NCBI GenBank assembly: GCA_024635735.1
Contig: JAGXII010000193.1
Location: forward strand, 1 to 34,210
Direction of reading: 5' to 3'
Source: Christiangramia sp.
Lineage (GTDB): Bacteria; Bacteroidota; Bacteroidia; Flavobacteriales; Flavobacteriaceae
DNA length: 34,210 nucleotides
Shown: positions 1 to 8,734 of the stretch, piece after piece
Numbering within the stretch: the first letter of the stretch is position 1
How the letters are laid out: each line of letters opens with the position of its first letter
Notes under the pieces: generated by a model
Seen by the model: only the letters and a program-made list of their open reading frames with translations
Database searches by the model: none
What the model was told of the DNA's origin: nothing
Position numbers and translations under genes: made by a program

Positions 1-944
1 ATATCGCCAATATCATAACGAATCATGGGATGTGCTTTATTGTAAAGCGAGGTAATCACCACACGACCTTCCTGTCCCGGAGGCAGAATTTTGTTATTTT
101 CATCCAGAATTTCGATATAAAGATCTTCCGAGTTTACAATCCAGTGATTCTCTTTATCCTCAAAAGCGATTAAACCTACTTCACTCGCGCCATATTCATT
201 GATAACGGGAACTCCGAGGGCATCTTCAATAAGATTTTTATCTTTTTCAAAGAGTCTTTCAGAAGTGACAATACATATTTTTAAGCTGGGACAAATATCT
301 TTTAAAACGAAACCTTTGTCTTTAATGAATCTGGCGAATAAAACTATGGCACTGGTATATCCGTTCAGGTAATCGAAGTCAGATTTTTTAAAGCGATCCA
401 GAAAAGCTTCCATTTTCTTCTCGCTAAGGTCAAAAATATTGAATCTGCGTCTAAGGCTAATCCTGTCTTTAAGGCGTTCCTGGATATTTCCGTAGAAATC
501 AAGAGGAATGCCATAGAATCTTGCCTGCAGGGACTTATTGAGGTCAATATTGTACCATTCATAGCGATTCTGGAATCCTGCCCAACTCAGCGCATGTGCA
601 AACTTGTCTTTAGCAAAAATAAAAGGATGGCCACTACTTCCCGAGGTTTTGCCGATATAGGCAGTTTTAGTGTTATAGGTAGAACTTAAACGCTCTTTAA
701 GTGGGTGCTGGAGATCAGATTTTTTCATGATTGGCACATTTTTCCAATCCACATAGCCATTCCAATCAAAAAACTCTCTGTAAAAACTATTATGCTGAAT
801 ATGGTAATCTATAATCGCATTTCTGCGTTTCCTTTGATATTGAGCATAATCTTCCTCTGGAATATTCTGAATTTTTTCCAGTACTTCCTGAGCACTTTTT
901 ATCGGGAATTTGTTAAGCTGCAATGAAAGTTTAAACCAATCCAA
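1..944 (-). CDS. Phenylacetate-CoA ligase family / CapK-like adenylate-forming protein (3' end runs off window)
   Basis: Not in the ORF track; both ends translated by hand. TTG at 944 gives MDWFKLSLQLNKFPIK..., with the ANL-family P-loop KTSGSSGHP, and the frame reads ...VITSLYNKAHPMIRYDIGD at the window edge (typical PaaK/CapK motif). Confidence 0.85.
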   Translation of the reverse strand, partial: MDWFKLSLQLNKFPIKSAQEVLEKIQNIPEEDYAQYQRKRRNAIIDYHIQHNSFYREFFDWNGYVDWKNVPIMKKSDLQHPLKERLSSTYNTKTAYIGKTSGSSGHPFIFAKDKFAHALSWAGFQNRYEWYNIDLNKSLQARFYGIPLDFYGNIQERLKDRISLRRRFNIFDLSEKKMEAFLDRFKKSDFDYLNGYTSAIVLFARFIKDKGFVLKDICPSLKICIVTSERLFEKDKNLIEDALGVPVINEYGASEVGLIAFEDKENHWIVNSEDLYIEILDENNKILPPGQEGRVVITSLYNKAHPMIRYDIGD

Positions 945-996
945 GGGCAGAAAAGCTTTTTTAACGAATTTATTGGTGCTTCAATTTACAAACAAT

Positions 997-1004
997 TATT
1001 TTTG
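997..1004 (+). promoter_or_regulatory. Bacteroidota sigmaA -7 element (TATTTTTG) for purD
   Basis: Matches TAnnTTTG, 26 nt upstream of the purD ATG. Confidence 0.6.
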
Positions 1005-1030
1005 AAGCAACATTTAAAAATCATATCCAG

Positions 1031-2302
1031 ATGAATATTCTTATTCTTGGCTCCGGAGGCCGCGAACATACTTTTGCTTACAAGATCGCCGAAAGTACAA
1101 AATGTGACAAATTGTATGTAGCTCCTGGTAATGCGGGAACCGCTGAAATTGCTATAAACCTGGATGTGAATCCTATAGATTTTGAGGCTGTGGCAAAAGC
1201 TGCTCTGGCTAAAGATATAAAAATGATTGTTGTGGGACCTGAAGATCCACTGGTAAAGGGAATTGTAGATTACTTTACCAAAGATGATCGTCTTAAAAAG
1301 ATCATGATTATTGGCCCTTCCGGGCGTGGAGCGCTTCTGGAAGGAAGCAAGGAACGTGCAAAGGAATTTATGGCTATGTATGATATTCCCACTGCAGCTT
1401 ATGAAAGTTTCAGCTTTGAAAGCCTAGAGGCGGGTAAAAATTTTCTTGAGAAGATGAAGCCTCCTTATGTACTTAAAGCTGACGGACTGGCTGCGGGAAA
1501 AGGAGTTCTAATTATCGATGATCTTGAAGAAGCTAAGAAAGAACTTGAGAATATGCTTTCCGGAAAGTTTGGTGCTGCCAGTGAAAAAGTGGTTATCGAA
1601 GAATTTCTGGACGGTATCGAATTAAGTGTTTTTGTGCTTACCGACGGGAAAAATTATAAAATCTTACCTACTGCTAAGGATTATAAGCGAATTGGAGAAG
1701 GAGATACCGGTTTGAATACCGGCGGAATGGGCGCCGTTTCTCCAGTTCCGTTTGTGGATAAGGATTTTATGCATATGATCGAGGAACGAATTGTGAAACC
1801 TACCGTGAACGGTTTGGGAGCTGAAGATATTGACTATAAAGGCTTTGTTTTTATTGGCCTGATAAAAGTTGATGGTAATCCATATGTAATTGAATACAAT
1901 GTTAGAATGGGAGATCCTGAAACGGAAGTGGTATTGCCGAGAATCAAAACAGATCTGGTTGAACTTTTAGAGAAGACCTGGGAATCCAGTCTTGACAAAA
2001 TTAATCTGGAAATCGATGAAAGAAGTGCTACCACGGTAATGACAGTATCTGGGGGATATCCTGGAAGCTATGAGAAGGGAAAAGAAATTTCAGGAATAAA
2101 AGAAATTAGTGATTCTATCGTTTTCCATGCAGGGACAAAGAATGAAGGAGATAAAATCCTAACTAATGGTGGTAGGGTAATTGCTTTGACTTCCTTTGGC
2201 AAGGATTACAAAGAGGCACTAAAAAAATCTTACCAAAGCGCAGATAAACTTCACTTTGATAAGATGTATTTTAGAAAGGATATAGGTTTTGACCTATCCT
2301 AA
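1031..2302 (+). CDS. purD: Phosphoribosylamine--glycine ligase (GAR synthetase)
   Basis: MNILILGSGGREH, KADGLAAGKGV, GLNTGGMGA, EYNVRMGDPE, TNGGRV motifs; 423 aa. Confidence 0.98.
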   Translation: MNILILGSGGREHTFAYKIAESTKCDKLYVAPGNAGTAEIAINLDVNPIDFEAVAKAALAKDIKMIVVGPEDPLVKGIVDYFTKDDRLKKIMIIGPSGRGALLEGSKERAKEFMAMYDIPTAAYESFSFESLEAGKNFLEKMKPPYVLKADGLAAGKGVLIIDDLEEAKKELENMLSGKFGAASEKVVIEEFLDGIELSVFVLTDGKNYKILPTAKDYKRIGEGDTGLNTGGMGAVSPVPFVDKDFMHMIEERIVKPTVNGLGAEDIDYKGFVFIGLIKVDGNPYVIEYNVRMGDPETEVVLPRIKTDLVELLEKTWESSLDKINLEIDERSATTVMTVSGGYPGSYEKGKEISGIKEISDSIVFHAGTKNEGDKILTNGGRVIALTSFGKDYKEALKKSYQSADKLHFDKMYFRKDIGFDLS

Positions 2303-2524
2303 AAATGGATCTGGTTTTGTTCTTTCGTTTTCTTTATCCTGGTCATGAAATATTTTAAGTTGTTTCATCCAGTAGACAAAGGCAACAACCCCAATAATGA
2401 GGAAAATCCAGTTAATAATATTGGCAAGAAACCATGAATCAAGTTGAAGTTCTCTTAATAGATCCAGTGGATAAAAAAGTATTTCTTCAAAAAGCCAGGC
2501 TATTCCCTCAAAAAGTTCTTTCAT
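2294..2524 (-). CDS. Small conserved membrane protein (DUF6341-like), 76 aa
   Basis: MKELFEGIAWLFEEILFYPLDLLRELQLDSWFLANIINWIFLIIGVVAFVYWMKQL; one TM helix. Start at 2524 is preferred to 2620 because it avoids overlap with the next gene and has a TAnnTTTG just upstream. Confidence 0.8.
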   Translation of the reverse strand: MKELFEGIAWLFEEILFYPLDLLRELQLDSWFLANIINWIFLIIGVVAFVYWMKQLKIFHDQDKENERTKPDPFLG

Positions 2525-2547
2525 TGTTTCAACTTTGTTTGTGATTA

Positions 2548-2555
2548 CAAAAATA
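2548..2555 (-). promoter_or_regulatory. sigmaA -7 element (TATTTTTG) for the 76-aa protein
   Basis: CAAAAATA on + strand, 23 nt upstream of the ATG at 2524. Confidence 0.55.
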
Positions 2556-2567
2556 TAAAAAACGTAG

Positions 2568-3491
2568 ATGCTAACAAGCTTTTTTAGCAAATCAAAACCA
2601 TTGAATCTCACAGTCATCATAGTTTTTATGTGTGGATTCTACCTTAGCGTTAACTTTTCTGAAATGTTTCAGGATTTTAATACAGGTTTATTTTTGCAGA
2701 AGATCGCAGTTTTGCTGGCGTTGATTTTTAGTCTTTTGGTACTTAATTTTATTGCAAAGAAAAATGAACTTACTAAGCGTAGCGCCTATAAGACCTTACT
2801 TTTTGCGATTTTTGCAGTATCATTTTTCAGTTTGCTAAAGAACGAATCGGTGATCATTTCCAATTTGTGTATCCTCTTTGCCTTAAGAAGAATTATTAGC
2901 CTTAAATCCTATAAATTCACTCAGAAGAAAATATTTGACGCTACTTTCTGGGTTAGTATTGCAACATTGTATCAATTCTGGGCGGGATTGTTTTTTATAA
3001 TTGTCTTTTTCGCCATCCTCAATTTTGCTTCAAGTTTTAAGAACTGGTTAATTCCTTTAGTGGCATTTACCGCGGTAGCATTACTTACCATAAGTTTTCA
3101 CCTGCTGGTATATGATCAATTCTATTCTTTTTCAGACTGGTTTCAGGAAAGCAATTATGACTTTTCGGCTTACGGAAATTTAAAATTACTTGTTCCTCTT
3201 AGTTTTATTCTCAGTTTGTTATTGTGGACCGTTTTCTATTATTTTTCTGAAATTCAAAAAGCCAGTATTACCCGAAGGCCTATTTTGAGTTTAATATTGC
3301 TAAGCCTGGTGGTTGCCGGAGGCGTGGCGGTATTTTCGCCTACCAAAAACGGAAGTGAGCTTATTTTCTTCTTTGTTCCTTTAAGTATTATCGCCTCCAA
3401 TTACTTTGACGGTAAAAAGGAAAAGATATTTAAGGATATTTTGCTCGCCGCCCTTATAATTATGCCTTTTATTGTATCATTTCTGGGATAA
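2568..3491 (+). CDS. Polytopic membrane protein (DUF6427-like)
   Basis: 307 aa with many hydrophobic segments; the MLTSFFSKSKP start is typical of this flavobacterial family next to purD. Confidence 0.75.
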   Translation: MLTSFFSKSKPLNLTVIIVFMCGFYLSVNFSEMFQDFNTGLFLQKIAVLLALIFSLLVLNFIAKKNELTKRSAYKTLLFAIFAVSFFSLLKNESVIISNLCILFALRRIISLKSYKFTQKKIFDATFWVSIATLYQFWAGLFFIIVFFAILNFASSFKNWLIPLVAFTAVALLTISFHLLVYDQFYSFSDWFQESNYDFSAYGNLKLLVPLSFILSLLLWTVFYYFSEIQKASITRRPILSLILLSLVVAGGVAVFSPTKNGSELIFFFVPLSIIASNYFDGKKEKIFKDILLAALIIMPFIVSFLG

Positions 3492-3529
3492 TTTCGGCTA
3501 ATTTCAAATTATACTCTCCCGAAAAATAA

Positions 3530-3537
3530 TATCTTTG
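3530..3537 (+). promoter_or_regulatory. sigmaA -7 element (TATCTTTG) for DUF4254-GT9
   Basis: Exact TAnnTTTG in the 110-bp intergenic region. Confidence 0.6.
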
Positions 3538-3601
3538 TAGCTCCTGCCGGAACTCTTTATTTCAGCAATAAACAAGTAAAAATTCAGAAGAAATAATCCA
3601 T

Positions 3602-4210
3602 ATGTTTTCAGATAAAGCCAATAAGATTTTTGAAGAAGTAATAGAGAAATATCACGAAATAGATAGTGTAGACCAGGAATTTGAAAATCCATATGATGCT
3701 GAAACCGATCTTCTGGAACATTTGCTTTACCGAAAGTGCTGGATAGATACTGTACAGTGGCATTACGAAGATATCATCCGTGACCAGAATATAGATCCCG
3801 AGGCGGCCTTAAAGCTAAAAAGACAGATTGATGCTTCTAACCAGGACCGTACCGATATGGTTGAATTCATAGATAGTTATTTTCTTGAAAAATATAAGGA
3901 GGTAGAACCTAAGAAGGAGGCGACCATCAATTCAGAAAGCCCGGCCTGGGCTATAGACAGGCTATCCATCCTCGCTCTAAAGATCTATCATATGAACGAA
4001 GAGGCGAATCGCGAGGACGCGTCTCAGGAACATCAGATGAAGTGTAAGACTAAACTGGAGGTCTTACTGGAGCAAAGAGTAGATCTTTCTACTGCGATCA
4101 ATCAGTTACTTGATGATATTTCAGAAGGGGAGAAGTACATGAAAGTGTACAAACAAATGAAGATGTATAATGATGAAGAACTCAATCCGGTTCTTCGTAA
4201 TAATAAATAA
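3602..4210 (+). CDS. DUF4254 domain protein
   Basis: KCWIDTVQWHYEDIIRD, IDASNQDRTD, NSESPAWAIDRLSILALKIYHM, YKQMKMYND motifs. Confidence 0.85.
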   Translation: MFSDKANKIFEEVIEKYHEIDSVDQEFENPYDAETDLLEHLLYRKCWIDTVQWHYEDIIRDQNIDPEAALKLKRQIDASNQDRTDMVEFIDSYFLEKYKEVEPKKEATINSESPAWAIDRLSILALKIYHMNEEANREDASQEHQMKCKTKLEVLLEQRVDLSTAINQLLDDISEGEKYMKVYKQMKMYNDEELNPVLRNNK

Positions 4211-4212
4211 TC

Positions 4213-5289
4213 ATGAGCGGGGCCAGCTCGGCAGAATATTCTGCCGGAAATATTGAAAATGGGCCACATATTCTGGTGATCCGTCTTTCGGCCATGGGCG
4301 ATGTGGCGATGATGGTTCCTGTGATTAGCGTTTTGACGCACACGTATCCGAACCTTATCATCACTGTTCTTACCAGATCATTTTTCAGTCCGTTATTTAG
4401 TCACTTACCAAACGTTCGTATTTATGAAGCCGATGTTAAAGGCGTGCATAGCGGAGTAATGGGTCTAGGAACACTTGCACGCGAACTGCGTGATGAGGAG
4501 ATAGACATGGTGGCAGACCTTCATGATGTATTGCGGAGCAATGTGTTGAAGTCGGTTTTTTATCTATATGGAATTCCCTGCAAGCAGATTGACAAAGGGC
4601 GAAATGAGAAAAAAGCTCTTACCAGGGATGATAATAAGGAATTCATACAACTTAAGTCAACGCATCAGCGTTACGCCGATGTTTTTGCCGAATTAGGTTA
4701 CCCAATTGATCTTTCCAACTATCAGACTCCGGAAAAAAGGAGTTTATTGCCCAGGGTTTATGAAGTTGTAGGGAAGGATTCCAGAAAATGGTTGGGAATA
4801 GCGCCTTTTGCTCAACATAAATCGAAGACCTATCCATTGGATTTTATGGAAGAAGTAATTGCCAATTTAGCAGCTTCAGGTAAGATAAAGATCATTTTAT
4901 TTGGAGGTGGGGATCAGGAAAAGGAGCCACTGGAAAAGTGGGAAGAGAAGTTTCCGAATGTTATAAGTGTGGTAGGAAAACTAAGCTTCGCAGAAGAATT
5001 AAGTCTTATTTCCAATCTTGATTGCATGCTTTCTATGGACAGCGGGAATGCACATCTTGCGGCTATTTACGGAGTGCCGGTTGTGAGCCTTTGGGGAGTT
5101 ACCCACCCATATACAGGGTTTAGAGCTTTTAGACAGCCAATGGTTAACTGCATACTTCCAGATCTTGATTTATATCCAAAAATACCAACTTCGGTTTATG
5201 GAAATAAAGTTCCGGAGGGCTACGGGGATGTTATGCGCAGCATACCTCCGGAAATGGTTGTTCAAAAAATAACGGAAATATTATTTTAA
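4213..5289 (+). CDS. Glycosyltransferase family 9 (heptosyltransferase-like, LPS core)
   Basis: ILVIRLSAMGDV, DLHDVLRS, DSGNAHLAA, SLWGVTHP motifs. Confidence 0.92.
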   Translation: MSGASSAEYSAGNIENGPHILVIRLSAMGDVAMMVPVISVLTHTYPNLIITVLTRSFFSPLFSHLPNVRIYEADVKGVHSGVMGLGTLARELRDEEIDMVADLHDVLRSNVLKSVFYLYGIPCKQIDKGRNEKKALTRDDNKEFIQLKSTHQRYADVFAELGYPIDLSNYQTPEKRSLLPRVYEVVGKDSRKWLGIAPFAQHKSKTYPLDFMEEVIANLAASGKIKIILFGGGDQEKEPLEKWEEKFPNVISVVGKLSFAEELSLISNLDCMLSMDSGNAHLAAIYGVPVVSLWGVTHPYTGFRAFRQPMVNCILPDLDLYPKIPTSVYGNKVPEGYGDVMRSIPPEMVVQKITEILF

Positions 5290-6335
5290 ACGTCGTCGTA
5301 ATCAACTTTAAGATTAGGCGTAGTTGGATGAGCCTGGCAGGTTAAAATAAAACCTTCTTCAATTTCCTCGTCTGTCAATATCTGGTTTTTGCTCATCTCT
5401 GCTTTACCTTCTTTTATTCTGGCCATGCAACTACTGCAAATTCCGCCCTGGCATGAATAAGGTACATCAATATCATTTTCGAGGGCAATATCCAGTACAA
5501 CAGCCTTACGGTCCATAGAGAAAGTATATTCCTCGTCATCCACTACAATAGTAACAGCGGTGAGACCCTCAGTATCTCCCTTAATTTCCTTTTCTTCATC
5601 GGTAGGTGTGAAAAGTTCAAAAAGAATCTGTTCATCTTTCACTCCGTTAGTTTTTAAAACTTCTGAAACATGATTGATCATTGGTTCAGGCCCGCAGAGA
5701 TAAAATTTATCGAATTCGTGATGCTTGAATTTATTTTTCACCACATAATTCACTGTGCTGGTTTCAATTCTACCAAAATGAGCATTCTCTTCACGCGTTC
5801 TGCTATAAACAAATTCAACAAAAAGCCGGTCCGGAAATTCAGTTTGTAACCTGAGTAATTCCTTGAAAAATATAGTATCATCAACAGATTTGTTTCCGTA
5901 AGTAAGTACAAACCGGCTATGAGCTTCATCGCGAAGCACAGTTTTAATGATAGATAGTACCGGAGTAATTCCGCTTCCTGCTACAAAGGCCGCGTAATTA
6001 TTAATTTCGTTACCAGGTTTAAAAATAAATTTTCCTTCCGGAGGATGAACTTCCAGCACATCACCGGCCACAAGTTTATTATTTGCGATTACCGAAAAGC
6101 GCCCGCCTTCTACTTCTTTTACCGTAACTTTGAATTCACCCGAGTTAGGTGCGGAACAAAGGGAATAGGCACGGCGTATTTCCTCTCCATTTAAATCGGT
6201 TTTTATAGTGATATATTGCCCCGCTGAATAACTGAATTCATCCTTCAGATTATCGGGAATTTCAAAAGATAAAGTAACCGCTTGTGAGGTTTCACGAATT
6301 ATTTCTTTTATTTTTAGCGGATAAAATTTGCTCAT
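5286..6335 (-). CDS. FAD/NAD(P)-binding ferredoxin reductase with C-terminal 2Fe-2S domain (PaaE-like)
   Basis: RAYSL (FAD), AGSGITP and LCGPEPM (NAD), CQGGICSSC...C (2Fe-2S). Confidence 0.92.
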   Translation of the reverse strand: MSKFYPLKIKEIIRETSQAVTLSFEIPDNLKDEFSYSAGQYITIKTDLNGEEIRRAYSLCSAPNSGEFKVTVKEVEGGRFSVIANNKLVAGDVLEVHPPEGKFIFKPGNEINNYAAFVAGSGITPVLSIIKTVLRDEAHSRFVLTYGNKSVDDTIFFKELLRLQTEFPDRLFVEFVYSRTREENAHFGRIETSTVNYVVKNKFKHHEFDKFYLCGPEPMINHVSEVLKTNGVKDEQILFELFTPTDEEKEIKGDTEGLTAVTIVVDDEEYTFSMDRKAVVLDIALENDIDVPYSCQGGICSSCMARIKEGKAEMSKNQILTDEEIEEGFILTCQAHPTTPNLKVDYDDV

Positions 6336-6352
6336 TACTTAGTATTTGTGGG

Positions 6353-6360
6353 CAAAAATA
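6353..6360 (-). promoter_or_regulatory. sigmaA -7 element (TATTTTTG) for the ferredoxin reductase
   Basis: CAAAAATA on +, 17 nt upstream of the ATG. Confidence 0.6.
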
Positions 6361-6432
6361 CAAAGTAAGCTTGTTTTAAGAATGTAACAAAACTTTAAAT
6401 TTCCATACAAATTAAAATAAACCTCCAAATTC

Positions 6433-7917
6433 ATGTTTAAGCATTTTCTCTGGCTAGAATGGAAATCCTTCTTTAGATCGGCAAGTTTTGGTAAAAGTCT
6501 GGGGTTGAAAATTCTTATGATTTTTCTGGCTTTGTACTTTTCCGGAATGTTTCTGCTCTTTGGAATTGCTTTGTTTCCCTTAATAAAAGAGCTTTCTCCG
6601 GAAGCCGATCCCATGCAGGTGGTGAATCGTTTCGCTCTTGTTTATTTTACCTTTGAGCTTATCTTCAGGTTTATGCTTCAAACCCTGCCGGTGATGGATA
6701 TCAAGCCTCTGATGCATTTACCAATTTCTAAGATTAAGGTGGTTAATTTTGTGCTTATAAAATCACTTTTTTCGTTTTATAACCTTTTACCCTTATTTCT
6801 TTTTATCCCCTTCGGAATACTTTGCATAATCCAGGGAGGTTATGGTACCTTGAATATTCTGGGATGGATAATTGGAATGTATGCCATTGCGTTATGCGTT
6901 AATTATTTCAACTTCATTATTAAAAAAAGGTTTACAGAAAACCTGAAAGCCCTGATCCCTATTGTTATTGTAGGCCTTACTTTCGCGCTGCTGGACTATA
7001 TGAAGATCTTCCAGATTAGCGTTTACTTCGGGAAAATTCTCAATATTTTGGTTGAGAGACCTTATTTAGCCCTGATTCCGATTGTTTTATTGGTCATTTT
7101 ATACAAATGGAATCAAAATAATCTTTACGGAAAATTTTACCTGGACGCGGGAATTAAAGGAAAAAGCAAAACTGCAAATACTAGAGACTTTGTATGGACG
7201 AAAAAGTTTGGAAGTATTGCTCCGTTTCTGCAGCAGGATCTCAAACTTATCTGGAGAAATAAAAGGCCAAAAACAACGATCTATCTTTCGGTTATTTTCC
7301 TCGCCTATGGCCTTATTTTTTATCCAAACGAGGCTTATCAGGGAATGCCGGCATTTTTTGTATTTGTCGGGATCTTTGTAACAGGGATTTTTATGATCAA
7401 TTTCGGCCAGTTTATTCCCTCCTGGGATGCCTCTTACTATCCCATGATTATGGCACAGAATATTCCCATGCGACAATACCTGGCTTCAAAAATGGGGCTT
7501 ATCACCTTTAGCGTAATAGTTCTGGCAGTTCTCTCTACTCCCTATGTTTATTTTGGATGGAATATTTTATTGTTGAATATTGCCTGTGCGCTTTATAATA
7601 TGGGGGTAAATATTCCTCTTTTGATGTATGCCGGATCATTTAATAAAAAAAGAATCGATTTGGATAAAAGTCCGTTTATGAATTACCAGGGTACTGGTGC
7701 TTCACAATGGCTTGTGGGACTTCCGCTAATGTTGATTCCCATCTTTTTCTTCTGGATCATCAATAAATTTATCAACTATGAAGTTGGTGTAGGCTTTCTG
7801 GCGGTATTGGGTATTATTGGCCTTATTCTCAGGCCTGCAATTCTGAATTTTCTGGTGATAAGGTATCGCAAGAGAAAGTATATAATGATAGAAGGATATA
7901 AACAAAAAGGAGACTAA
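6433..7917 (+). CDS. ABC transporter permease (DUF5687-like)
   Basis: 494 aa, two hydrophobic halves (LEWKSFFRS...; DLKLIWRNKR...), directly upstream of an ABC ATPase. Confidence 0.8.
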   Translation: MFKHFLWLEWKSFFRSASFGKSLGLKILMIFLALYFSGMFLLFGIALFPLIKELSPEADPMQVVNRFALVYFTFELIFRFMLQTLPVMDIKPLMHLPISKIKVVNFVLIKSLFSFYNLLPLFLFIPFGILCIIQGGYGTLNILGWIIGMYAIALCVNYFNFIIKKRFTENLKALIPIVIVGLTFALLDYMKIFQISVYFGKILNILVERPYLALIPIVLLVILYKWNQNNLYGKFYLDAGIKGKSKTANTRDFVWTKKFGSIAPFLQQDLKLIWRNKRPKTTIYLSVIFLAYGLIFYPNEAYQGMPAFFVFVGIFVTGIFMINFGQFIPSWDASYYPMIMAQNIPMRQYLASKMGLITFSVIVLAVLSTPYVYFGWNILLLNIACALYNMGVNIPLLMYAGSFNKKRIDLDKSPFMNYQGTGASQWLVGLPLMLIPIFFFWIINKFINYEVGVGFLAVLGIIGLILRPAILNFLVIRYRKRKYIMIEGYKQKGD

Positions 7918-7927
7918 AAATATTACG

Positions 7928-8638
7928 ATGATAACAGCAACAAATCTTTCAAAAGTCTATAATGGAACAAAAGTTCTCGAAATAGAACATCTGGATATTC
8001 CTTCAGGTCAGAATTTTGGACTGGTTGGAAATAATGGAGCAGGAAAAACCACATTTTTTAGTTTGATGCTGGATCTTATTCAGCCTACTACTGGTAACAT
8101 TTTCAACAAGGAAATTACCGTGAGTGAAAGTGAAGAATGGAAGCCTTTTACATCTTCATTTATAGACGAAAGTTTTCTTATTGGATATCTTACTCCTGAA
8201 GAATATTTCTATTTCATAGGAGAATTGAGGAGCAGGAATAAAGCCGATATTGACTCTTTTCTTACTCAATTTGAAGACTTTTTTAATGGTGAGATTATCG
8301 GAAGAAATAAATATCTGAGAGATCTTTCAAAAGGAAACCAGAAGAAAGCCGGGATCGTAGCTGCGCTTATAGGAGATCCGGAAGTGGTAATACTTGATGA
8401 GCCTTTTGCCAATCTGGACCCTACTACACAAATAAGATTAAAGAAAATTCTAAAGGAATTATCCCAGACAGCAGGGACTACAGTCCTTATTTCAAGCCAT
8501 GATCTAATACATGTTACCGAGGTTTGTGAACGTATTGTAGTACTCGATAAAGGCAAAATTGTGAAGGATATACAAACTTCAGAAGCTACCCTTCATGAAC
8601 TCGAAGCCTATTTTTCACGTGAAATAGCTGAAAGCTAG
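7928..8638 (+). CDS. ABC transporter ATP-binding protein
   Basis: Walker A GNNGAGKTT, signature LSKGN, Walker B VVILDEP, H-loop SSHD. Confidence 0.95.
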   Translation: MITATNLSKVYNGTKVLEIEHLDIPSGQNFGLVGNNGAGKTTFFSLMLDLIQPTTGNIFNKEITVSESEEWKPFTSSFIDESFLIGYLTPEEYFYFIGELRSRNKADIDSFLTQFEDFFNGEIIGRNKYLRDLSKGNQKKAGIVAALIGDPEVVILDEPFANLDPTTQIRLKKILKELSQTAGTTVLISSHDLIHVTEVCERIVVLDKGKIVKDIQTSEATLHELEAYFSREIAES

Positions 8639-8734
8639 GTTCAATCCTCTATTGGACTTTAGAAAAAGAAGTTTACTTTTACATACTAAATCATCCGTAT
8701 CACAGTTATTCATGATACCAGGAAAAGGTACGTT

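Noticed and set aside
365-926. ORF-track entries 365-562(-) and 705-926(+)
   Set aside because: Shadows of the long minus-strand CapK-like frame (1-944), which the track omitted because it runs off the window.
2525-2620. N-terminal extension of the small membrane protein, and the label 'uracil phosphoribosyltransferase' sometimes given to this family
   Set aside because: The extension overlaps the divergent gene and the promoter; a 76-aa TM protein has no PRTase motif.
1-6335. PaaK-like ligase plus PaaE-like reductase as a phenylacetate catabolic cluster
   Set aside because: No paaABCD or other paa genes; the two genes are separated by unrelated core genes, and both families occur stand-alone in flavobacteria.
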